DNA of 64,000 nucleotides from Lama guanicoe (taxonomy: Eukaryota): positions 12,352,879 to 12,416,878 of the forward strand of contig MU053881.1 in NCBI GenBank assembly GCA_013239625.1. The letters are read 5' to 3'. Shown here piece after piece: positions 53,897 to 64,000 of this stretch. Numbering within the stretch: position 1 is the first letter of the stretch; the number at the start of each line of letters is the position of its first letter. The notes beneath the pieces were generated by a model that was not told where the DNA came from, ran no database searches, and worked only from the letters and a program-made list of their open reading frames with translations. A program made the position numbers and the translations under genes.

Positions 53897-54190
53897 GTTA
53901 GTAAACTCACATGCCTACATGACCAAGAAAATAATATAAATAAGTAAACACAGCCAGGTAAGGACTGACTGAGCAAATGTGGGGTCTAAAGAAGGCAATC
54001 CTGCACAATCCTAGCAGATTGTTGCCCTGGAGGGGAATGTGAAAACTATGCTGTCAGATCTTCTAAATTTACAGCAGAAGTCAGAAATCTGATTTTGTTT
54101 TGCATGAAATTTTACTTTTAAATATTGATAATTAATTCAAATTAAACAAACAACAAATACTGTGGGGGCTTAAATAAAATAGAGCTGTAG
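53897..54190. mobile_element. Old hAT fossil (MER102-like)
   Basis: 'aaactcacatgcctaca...gattgttgccc...cagatcttctaaatttacagcagaagtcagaaatctga' resembles a recalled Charlie-type consensus. Confidence 0.5.
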
Positions 54191-54599
54191 CTGTCAAAAA
54201 TGTCTATTCTAAAGGATCCTGGCACTGCCACTCACTCACCAGCTGTCCCATGGAGACTCACTATAGCTCTAAGTATTGACCGCTACAGCATAGGCATGTA
54301 CCAATAAAATGATAGCCAACATTATGAAAATAAGTATAAAAAGGATCAAAGCAACCAGGGCAGAGATTTGCAAAGTTATCTTGACATATTCTTGGTCCTA
54401 AGACATTCTTTAACTGTTAGTAAACTCACATGCCTACATGACCAAGAAAATAATATAAATAAATGTCTTAATATGTCAAAAGAATATGTCTACCAGAAAA
54501 AGAGTTGGTTAGCAGTGGAAACACAGAAAAAAGACAGCCAGAAAAGCAAAGCTGGCGATGACTAGCCTAGCTCTGGTTAAGGGAAGTAAGTGGGTTCTT

Positions 54600-54791
54600 T
54601 AGGTCAGTTTTGTGCAATGGAGATTTCCGCCATGGTGGAAATGCACTGCCCAGTATGGTAGCCACCCATGACAAGTGCCTGTTGAGCACTTGAAATGTGA
54701 CTAGTGGAACTGAAGAACTGACTTTTTAATTTTATTTAATTTAAATAGTCACATGTGGTGAGTGGCTTCCGTATTGGACAGTACAGTTCTA
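54600..54791. mobile_element. MER3-like hAT fossil; a related MER33-like element lies at ~55711-56180
   Basis: 'ttgagcacttgaaatgtgactagt...ttttaattttatttaatttaaatagtcacatgtgg...gtattggacagtacagttctag'. Confidence 0.7.
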
Positions 54792-55003
54792 GGCCATTTT
54801 ATCCTTGAGGAAGGCATACACCTACAGCGCAGAAGATGCATTTGGTTAGCACAACTCCATCACAGTTCAACTAACCTGCTAGGATTTCCTGCCTATCTAG
54901 CAATTCTCTAGCTAAAATTGTAACAGAATCCCTGTCTCTTAACTTTATGTAACTCTCCATTATCTAGCACATTTACTTTTCATTAAGTTGAAAGATTGCT
55001 TAC

Positions 55004-55051
55004 CTCCTTTTCCAACATCTTCAAATCTTTATCATTCTTTTGAGATTCTTT
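55004..55051 (-). CDS. HMMR: HMMR exon 4 (KESQKNDKDLKMLEKE), 48-nt symmetric cassette exon
   Basis: TAG/GTAAG, phase 0-0. Confidence 0.95.
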
Positions 55052-56867
55052 CTATTTAAACAAATCAAAGGACAGTGATAATCAAATTTGAGTGACACAG
55101 ATATCATAGCCAAATTTGAATTTTTTCTAGTTAACAGAAAAGATTAAGTGTTCCAAATGATTAATTTCTATTTTAAACATTTCACTGACTCTACACTATC
55201 TCAGAAAAAAAAAAAATCTTACAAAGGGAAATCAGCTTAAACTTAGATTCCAAAGAGGAAAAAAAATATGAATACAAAGAAATAAAGAAAAACAGAAATA
55301 ATACAAGCCCTGATTCTAATCTATTTATTGCCTTTATTCTAATAAGACATATAATTTTCATATCGCAACTTTTTATATCCAACAGCCTTTCTGAGATAAT
55401 GGCCAAAGCCAGAAAATCTATCCTATCGATCTTCTCCATATAAAAATGGAAAAAACGGCATAAATGTCTTGAATGAAAATGTGTTTTATAAGTTTCTAAA
55501 TTGGGGTCAGGCCACACCAGTCTCATGTTCATTAATTTCCTACCTGATGACATTTTCTATCAAGGAAGGCCTATTATTTTGGGGTTTAACACAAACTTGT
55601 ATGTGATTTGGTTTTTTAATTGTGAATTCTAATAATTAATTCAAAATTTGAGAACTGTTTCTCCAATAGATTCAAGTAAAGAAATTTACATGAATTTCCA
55701 AGAAGAAAATCAGTGCTGCCCAATAAAAATACAATATAAGCCACGTACATATTTTCAAATTTTCTAGTAGCTACATTTAATAAGTAAAAATTCTAATAAT
55801 ATATTTTGCTTTAACCAAAATACAAAGATTGTTATTTCAACATGTAAGTCGTATAAGTTTATTACCAAGATATTTTATATTTTTTGTATTAGTTTTTCAA
55901 AATTTGTTGTGTATTTTACAACGATAGAACATCTCAAATCAGATGCTCAATTTTTATTAAACATCTGTCTCTATTTAGATTTCATAAAACATACAGATGA
56001 AAAAGTAGATCACATACCCAAGTTGTTCCAAAACATTTAAGTTTTCCAGCAACAGAATTGAGTATCAGTTTTTACATGCACATTAATTAAAATTAAGTAA
56101 TATTAAAAATTCAATTCTTCACTTTCAAGTGTCCAAGAGCCACATTTAGCTAATCCCTTCCACATTGGGCAACACAGCTCTTTATACAGAACACAAGACT
56201 TGGATAACTGCCAAATGAATGAACAAGAATAAGCTTAACTTACAGCTTTGGTTTCCGAACTCTGAATCTTTTTCACATTAAAAAATCAATTTATGCATTT
56301 CCTTAGGAAAGTACAACTTGCTTTATGAACTAATGGACACAGTAATAGTAGGCTCTTGAAGAAGCCATAACACAAAGTAATTAAGAATTTAATCTCTCAC
56401 CACTCCTTGGCAAACCTCTTTTAGGCATTAGAATGCGTTTTCCTTTTTCTTAACCAATATTTACCCTTCCCCACAAACAAACAAAACCAGAACAACTCAA
56501 AAGATAATTAACAAATCAAAGCATTGTATAATTTTTAAAAGCTTACTAGTTCTTATAAAATTTATCTAGCTGTAGAAAAAAAAAGAATATACATGTAAAA
56601 AATTTATCTAGCTATAGAAATGACTGAGAAGTGGAGATCATTTTGTTATTCTGAACTAAGGATGCATTTAAACTCAGTATATTTAGTAATGGTGTAGGTA
56701 GAAATGTAAAGCTTGCTAGAGTCCCAATGATAATGTGTTTCACTAATTTACAGATTTTCTGATAACTTTAATTTATACACTTAATCCAGTTCAGTCAAAT
56801 ACAATACCTTTAAGAAATGTTTTCATGATAGAGTTGATAGACCATCTAGAACATAAGAGCTCCTTAC

Positions 56868-56947
56868 CTTTAATCCTGAAGTTTTAACTTTTCTTGCTGA
56901 AACAGGCAAGGTAGTATCTTTGTCAACAGTAAGATTTTGTTGAGATT
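56868..56947 (-). CDS. HMMR: HMMR exon 3 (ESQQNLTVDKDTTLPVSARKVKTSGLK)
   Basis: 80 nt using the CAG of a TAGCAG acceptor; GTAAG donor. Confidence 0.93.
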
Positions 56948-57426
56948 CTGCTATAAAATGAATTGTACAGATCATGGTTGGTGCTTACGTGTTTGAACCA
57001 CAGATAAAACACAATCCCCAAATTTCTTATAGCAACTATTAGTGAAGCAATATAAGGTCATTCTTCTCTTGACTGTACCTTTGCAAGTAATTAGTTGCAC
57101 AATATTTTTTACACATCTAACACTTTTCTGATTTTCCTAATGTTCTCTCTAATATTCTCCAACAGAGGGTTAATGTAATTACTAAAAGGAAAACTAAATG
57201 CCTATGTGAGTGTCCTGCTTAATTCTACTGGCTATACAACAACGTAATGATGAAAACATTATTCTGTAGTTGGTACTTTTGTAAATCCATCAAATAAGAC
57301 AATTTAAATATAGTTGTAGCTTCACATTTTTAGAAATACTATGCACCTTTAAATTGAAATACTGTTACTTATAACTTTAAAATTTATGAGATCATATAAC
57401 CATTACTTTATTTTAGGATCCATTAC

Positions 57427-57525
57427 CTTTTTGTTTTTTAAACCTTTGTGATTTCTGAAAGGATACTGGTCCTTTCAATACTTCTGAAGTTTTAACATCA
57501 TAAGCACCTGGAGATGGTGCACAAC
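57427..57525 (-). CDS. HMMR: HMMR exon 2 (CAPSPGAYDVKTSEVLKGPVSFQKSQRFKKQK)
   Basis: 99 nt, TAG/GTAAT, phase 1-1. Confidence 0.96.
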
Positions 57526-59808
57526 CTAGAGGAAACATTAAATATTAATATTCCATCTCATGTGACTTACCATCTTAAGTTAAAAACATGTCATAGTGAA
57601 GTAATATAAATGTAAAAATGCCCTTATCAAACTGCTTCTTTTGTTTTCAAATGTAAAAATAGCACCTATTTGGTAACATAAAAGTAGGCCTCTCTGTGAA
57701 GAACAATCTCATTATCTTCCCAAATGACCTTTATTTCAATTGGGTCAAAGAAACGCAGGCAGCTAAGCAAAATAACAAAGACAGTATTGGGATGATTAAA
57801 GTCACTGCTTCCATCAATTCTGAACATCAAGGATGGACTTAAGTTTCCATTCCTCTGTCTGGAACAATGATCATTTATACGTGCTGACAGATTCCAAACC
57901 TGGGAGCTTTCAGATCTACATGTGGTCAATGAGGAGTAGATAGTAGATTTTCCAACCAGGAAAGAAAGTCTCAAAATGAAGTGTAGAATTCACTGGGGTA
58001 TCTAAGTCAAAGGCATACTTAGTAAAAAGCATTAGTCTTGGCTAGCTCAGATTTCTCTCCCCTCACAAACTGTTTACACTCTGGGGTGAACAGAGGGGTT
58101 GCAGGGGTTTCCCTACATTCAGGTTAAGGGTGGCACATCTTAGAGCATCTAATTTACTCATCTGGGATAGGGATGGGGGAGGCAATGAAGAACATGTTAG
58201 AGTTTAAAGCAAGCAGTGGACTTCAAAGAAAACTGCCACTGTTAGCTATACTTTTGTGGGGAAGTTGTAAAGAGGGAATGCAGAACCAACGACTGTTCTT
58301 CTATGCTCCCTGCTCTTTGGGATGCTTCTTTGTGAAAAATGTGAGAAGTGCTGCTCTAGACTTGGCAGAACAGCCAGAAAATATAATGATGCTGAATACT
58401 AATATTCTAGTTCATCTTTAGGTCCACACTCTCCAAAGGGAAAAGGGCCAGCAAAAGATGTGATGATGGCCAGCGACTAAGCAGCACCAATCACGTTGAG
58501 ACAAAGAAAACCATACTTAAAAAAAACTCTTCCTTAAAGATTAGAGTCAGATATGAGAGTTAATGGGGATTTAGATTCAAGAACGAGGCTGAAATCTAGC
58601 CTATAGACCTAGCAATCTTTGTGAGACTGTGGCACATGCCATTTTCATGCCCTAAGTCTTTCCCTTACTAACACTTAAATGTACAACAGAGATATGACTT
58701 GGGAGATGTCACAAGCTGGAACAACTTATATCTTTTTTTTAAGACCTCTGTTAGCTTCTGATCATTGTTCATCAGTTGCTAACAGAGGCAGTCAATACCA
58801 GTATGCAAACAAAACATTTTATGCATTATATTAAATAAATACTTTGAGCTTCCAGACCTCTTTATTTTTCTATCCCTTCCACCTAGGATGGACAGCCCAC
58901 TTTCCATTTTGCCTAGCTAACTCTCACTTATCCTTCAGATATTGGTCCAGATGTCGCCTCTCCGTTTTCTCCGAGTCCTCAGATCAAATTAGAAAATCCA
59001 TTCCATAGCAGCCTCCGATTATTGTTCCTATCACAGAACTTCTTGCAGTTTTGTAGTGGCTTCTAGTAAAGTATTTATCCACCTCCCACCTTAGACAAAA
59101 CAGCTTGAAGTTAGGGACTGTATCCTCAATATTTAGCTCAGAGTTGAGTCTGACAGTATGCAAAGAAAACAGAAATGTCACTGGGGATGTGGGAATGGGA
59201 AGAGTTGTGTACAGTAATCAGCTAAATCAGGGTACAAATTCAGCTTTGTCTATCAATCAATAGATAATACTATGTGCCAGGTATTTTGTAGTTATAGGGA
59301 GAAGATGGTGAATAACATTATACTCTCTCATTTTCCATCCTTTAAGAACCCTGGAAAGTTATTTTTATTTGAGACTGATTTTTCATTCATAAAGAATAAA
59401 AAATAGTATCTACCTCATAGTATGGTTGTTAGGATTACTGGAGTGACATGAGAAACCACTACAGTGCCTCACACACTAATCATCGAATAAATGTTAACTG
59501 TTATTACTCTGAAACTGTGAGACTGAAATTTTGTGTAATTGGCAAAACCCGTTTAATCTACTATAAAGCAAAAAAAAAAAAAACAACAACAACTCCTTAA
59601 AAGACACACTTTTGACAGAACTTAGAGTAGTTTCTTTGAATATCTGGGAAATAATATGGTCCTTAAGTCTTTTAATTAAAAAATTAGCTTGTGTTGGTCC
59701 ATTTGCTCCCTTGGCTTTCCTTTGTGAGCAGAGTAACACTCATTTCCATTTGCATGTTGGCTGATAGAAATGAAAGGTGTAATGAGTGACTGTTAAAAGG
59801 TGAACATT

Positions 59809-59950
59809 GAGGTGGGAGTATAGCTCAGCGGTACAGTGCCTGCTTAGCAAACACAAGGTCCTGGGTTCAATCTCCAGTGCCTCCATCAAAAAAAAAAAAT
59901 TAATAAATAAATCCAATTACCTTCCCTCCAAAAAAAAAATTAAAAATAAA
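59809..59950 (+). mobile_element. tRNA-derived SINE
   Basis: tatagctcagcggtacag...ggtcctgggttcaatctccag with A-rich tail. Confidence 0.88.
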
Positions 59951-60970
59951 AAAGTGTACATAACAATGGATAAATCATGAGCTTTGATGTTAAACTCTGT
60001 CACTTACAGGCTAATCAGTAGTTACAAAACCCCTTAGTTTCCTCAACTGTAAAATTAGGACAACATCAGTACCTGTCTCACCTGGTTGGAAAGAAAAAAT
60101 CAAATCTAGTAGAGAAGATTTCGGCGCAGTCCCTGCATGCAGTTAGCGTACACTAAATGAGTGCCTTACCAACCACATCCAGAGCTTCCTGGTTATTGTG
60201 CTTATGCACTGCAGTGGTTTAGAGCACAGGGTGGGTTCATGGAGGCAGGGTTTCACGTCCCGGTTCTGACAGCTTGCTTGTGTAACACTGAACAAATATA
60301 AGTCTCCATCTTTTTATCAATAAAATAATGAATAATAGGATCACCTTTCGGGGACTTTAAGGGAATTAAAATAGAACTAATAATTGATGTAAAGACTTCT
60401 ATGGTGCCGGGGGCGGGGTACTGTCAAAATTAGCTCCCATTAAAAAAATTAGCTACCATGACTTCCTTCCTCTGTAGTGTTTTCGATTAAACGTTACTAC
60501 ATAATTTTACCCCCATAAACCTCCTTTACCAGTCTCCCTTCTTTTATACCTGAGTGGACTATCCAAGAGAAATCCACAAGTTCAGACAAAAAGCAATAGT
60601 AAAATATTCTTCATCGGTGAGGCCTTAAGACTTGACCAACAAATAGTTACGAACGCTTCCTCATTCCAATTCCCTCCCCTCTGCTTTCTGCTTTCGTTTC
60701 TCCACAGCCCTATTTATTGGCTGCGTTCTCCAATTGGATGTAAGCTGTACAGGGCAGGGATTTTGCTTCGCTCAGTTGTATCCTTATAATCCTGAATCGT
60801 GCTTGGCACGTAGTAAACGCTTAGCATGTATTTCAGGAAAATCAATCAGTTATATGAGCGCCATCCCAGTCCTAAAAATCGCCACCTATTCGCCTCTGAT
60901 AAAGGGAACCAAGAAGGGGCAAGGGACGTGAGAGCATCTCCCGTCCCCCAGTTCCTTTCCCCGTACGCAC

Positions 60971-61016
60971 CAGAAGGGTCATTGAATCGTTTCAGGGGCG
61001 CCTTAGAAAAGGACAT
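60971..61016 (-). CDS. HMMR: HMMR exon 1 coding part (MSFSKAPLKRFNDPS)
   Basis: ATG at 61016, GTGCG donor, 46 nt, phase 1; recognisable RHAMM N-terminus. Confidence 0.96.
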
Positions 61017-61687
61017 GTCGACGACCAGCTCCGCAAAACCAAATGTCTCTAGAGCTCCTCGACCACTTCCTGTGGCTTGTTAGTCTAGTCGCTTCAAATT
61101 CAAATCTCCCCGCTTTTTCCCCGCCCACTCGATATTAGCCAATCGGAAAACCAAAATCTTAGGCACACCAATCCAGGATGGGAACATCCAAAGAGCATGC
61201 GTACTCGGCTTTCGTCGCGACCAATTAGGTGGCCTGTTAGTTTAGGTTCTCATCCAATAGGAGGTTATTATTATTTCCTCCCGCCCCCAATCCTACCCAA
61301 CTGGTCCAATCACTACTGGCGTTACTCAATTGTAACTATGCACGAGCAGCCTTTGCGCAAGCGCAGTTCACACCAGAGAATTTTCAGTCGCTTTTGACAT
61401 CATATTGGTGACAGTGTAGTGAGTTCTAGCTTCACAGGTTCCAACCGTTTCCCATCGTTCTTTGGATGTAAACGCTTCTGGATTTCAGTTCTTTCAACCT
61501 GAATCCTGCCAGTGTCTGTCCTAAATGGCCACTGAAAGTGAAAAACAAACAAGCGGAGACAGCAGATGACTTTGCTGCGCATGTGCAGTGACCCAAACGA
61601 AGAGGACAGGGGGTGGCCTAAGCGCGGAGATTCCGCGCGTGCGCTCGGCTCGCTCGGTGCCACCGCAGCCGGGAGGCGAAGTGGAGT
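61017..61687. promoter_or_regulatory. Bidirectional HMMR/NUDCD2 promoter with CDE/CHR, six CCAAT boxes, NRF1-like and ETS sites
   Basis: Divergent ATGs ~670 bp apart; TTCAAA x2 at 61093-61104; CCAAT at 61139, 61168, 61221, 61254, 61287, 61306; tgcgcaagcgca 61354; tgcgcatgtgca 61576. Confidence 0.88.
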
Positions 61688-61876
61688 ATGTCAGCCCCGT
61701 TTGAGGAGCGCAGTGGGGTGGTTCCGTGCGGGACGCCGTGGGGCCAGTGGTACCAGACCTTGGAGGAGGTGTTCATTGAAGTTCAGGTGCCGCCAGGCAC
61801 TCGCGCCCAGGATATCCAGTGCGGCCTGCAGAGCCGGCATGTGGCGCTGGCCGTGGGTGGCCGCGAGATCCTCAAG
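61688..61876 (+). CDS. NUDCD2: NUDCD2 exon 1 (MSAPFEERSGVVPCGTPWGQWYQTLEEVFIEVQVPPGTRAQDIQCGLQSRHVALAVGGREILK), CS/p23 domain
   Basis: Recognisable N-terminus; GT donor 61877-61878. Confidence 0.96.
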
Positions 61877-63814
61877 GTAGCGGCAGGTCGGGGCTTGTAC
61901 TCAGTTTCTTCTCGGCCCCTCCTTCCCACCCCCTCCCCCACCAGATCTCCGAGTCATAAAGTTCATGGTTTCTGTGGAAGGGCTGTTGGAAGGCCGTTCG
62001 GCTCCTGTGGCTGGCCGAAAGAAGGATAAAATTGCCCTGGTTTTGGTCTGGTCGGAGCCCCCACCCTCAGGGCCAGTCCCGATTGAGGTGGGAATTTGAG
62101 GAGCCCATCTCCCTGGGTTTGTTTTTAAGCTAAATGAAGATGCTTCTTTTGTTCCTCTGAGGGTCTTCAACTGAGAACAGGTTAACTGGATCGTTAAAGA
62201 AATACTTTAACTACATATACTTTCTTCCAGGCACTGATCTAGGTGCTGGGAGGACAGCAGTTAAAGATAGTATTCCCTCACTCAGAGAGGTTACGTTCTT
62301 GTGGGGAGGCATAATACAACTAAACTAGTAAGTATTTAGGCAGTTATAGAAAAGCAAAGATGAAAATTAAGGATAAGGATGTCGAGATGAGGATTTGGAT
62401 GTATTGTCAGGTGATTTATTTTCTCATCTGAAATTAGAAAAATCCTGCATATTTGTGGAGTGGTTAAGCAGATGGTCAAGAGGTGAAGTAAGTAATTGTG
62501 CTATCCCTTTTATTCTCATCAGTACTCTTTATATCTGATGGTACCCATTTTTTTCCTTGTTAAAAATTATAGTTAAATTCAGTGAAGTTCAAGTTAGATT
62601 TCTTTCTCAGATTAGATGCTCGAGATATTTGATACCAGTGTTGTGTAACGGTGAAGGGAGATTACTTGGTAGGATACCTACCTTTGTCATTTCTCTAGTT
62701 CTGTAACCTTGGGCCAGAGATTGTTCAGTGTCTAAGTCTTCATTCACAAAGTGGGGTAATTTATAGTACCTTTCTCATAGGATTGTTCTGAGCATAGCAT
62801 GGTATCCATGTGAGTGAAGAACTTGGAGCAGGTAGTACCTGGTATTTAATAAGGTCACACTACATGTTAGCTGTTATTATTTTATATGGAAGTGTTTTGA
62901 GTGCCTCAGAGAAAAGGAAGATTCACGTGAAAGATACTGATTTATGTTAGCTTGCATCTTAACCTTTCTGTATAGTTGTGTAATTCGTAGTTTACTGAAC
63001 AGTGATTTTGATTTTATAGTCAAATTTACCTTAGTAATTGCAGTAGCTGTGGGAATTTAGCAATAACTAACTCTAGGATTTTTGGCACGCATTTAGGCCA
63101 GTAGGAGTTTTTTTCCACTGGTATTGACATATTTTTAAAAATATGTTTTCTCTTTTTTAATGTGATATTTTAATTTTCTAAAGCTTAAATTTAGTAAGTA
63201 GGAAAAAAATCAAAATGAATTTTAGCAGGTGCATTATCTTTTAAACTTTTCCTTTTCTTAGTTCTTTCTTAAAACGAGTTTCTGAATAATTAGTCACAAC
63301 TAATCTGATATCAGATCTACAGTATGTACTTTAAAATATTTTTTAGTGTTAAATTGCCTTGCAAAGAGATTGAGCCAGTTTTTAAAAGTTTATTTTAAAG
63401 ACATCATTTCTTCTTAATATCAGCAGGAGACCTCTTCTTGTAGTTTATTATAATTGGTAAAGTTAAAACATTTCAGATATTAATTTCACATATGGCCAAT
63501 CAGTGATCAGAAGTATTTCTTCATCTTATAAAAAAAGAGCCTGATCTTTCTGTAGAGAGCACTGTGTTCTTTGTTATAGTAAATATACCAAGTAGTATAA
63601 ATAAACTAGGTTCTGTCTCACTCGCTAGGTGGGAATTTAGGGATGAATACCTATCAATGTGTTGAAGTAGTATTAACTTTGATCTCCCCTTTCTAAACTA
63701 ATTAGGCAATTGTATGTGGATTAGATAGGAAATTAGCTAAGTCTTGAATCATGAAAGCATTATAAAAATTAATGAAATCTCTATTTTTTAGTACTTCATA
63801 TGTTTATTTTTCAG

Positions 63815-63863
63815 GGCAAACTCTTTGATTCTACAATAGCTGATGAAGGAACATGGACTTTGG
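63815..63863 (+). CDS. NUDCD2: NUDCD2 exon 2 (GKLFDSTIADEGTWTL); gene continues beyond the window
   Basis: tttttcag acceptor, GTAAG donor, 49 nt, in frame with exon 1. Confidence 0.95.
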
Positions 63864-64000
63864 GTAAGGGTGATCTATTATTTTTCTTAGAATCTTTTTA
63901 AAAATTAATTTTGTCTTGGAACATAGTATGTTTCCCCTCTGTTGTACTAAGTCCTTTGTCTTTGCAGCTCTGAAAGATACAGTAATAGAAACATATTGAA

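Noticed and set aside
61877..62029. NUDCD2 as a single-exon 113-aa ORF
   Set aside because: Similarity ends at EILK, where a GT donor splices in frame to the exon at 63815; the rest is intron read-through.

Overview
Mammalian genomic DNA covering the MAT2B-HMMR-NUDCD2 block (human 5q34 synteny, from memory). The species is probably a camelid, inferred from the abundant GGGGAGGGTATAGCTCAGTGGTAGAG tRNA-derived SINE and its companion L1 3' ends. The minus strand carries a complete MAT2B (7 coding exons, 334 aa, plus an alternative first exon MPEMPENMEQ missed by the ORF track) and a complete 18-exon HMMR/RHAMM (714 aa by my assembly). NUDCD2 exons 1-2 are on the plus strand, head-to-head with HMMR across a ~670 bp promoter with tandem CHR elements and phased CCAAT boxes. 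All introns read GT-AG with consistent phases. The first ~14 kb is intergenic and repeat-rich. I see no evidence for a wholly new biological system. The best leads are: a CpG-retaining solo-LTR-like insert packed with NRF1/YY1 motifs (3419-3825); a TSD-flanked (TTTA)15 insertion that stacks sense AATAAA signals just after HMMR exon 15; a 47-bp templated insertion with inverted-repeat junctions in HMMR intron 4; a twin-primed L1 fragment; and an HMMR stop codon 11 codons earlier than I recall for human. Repeat family names are from recall and were not database-verified.
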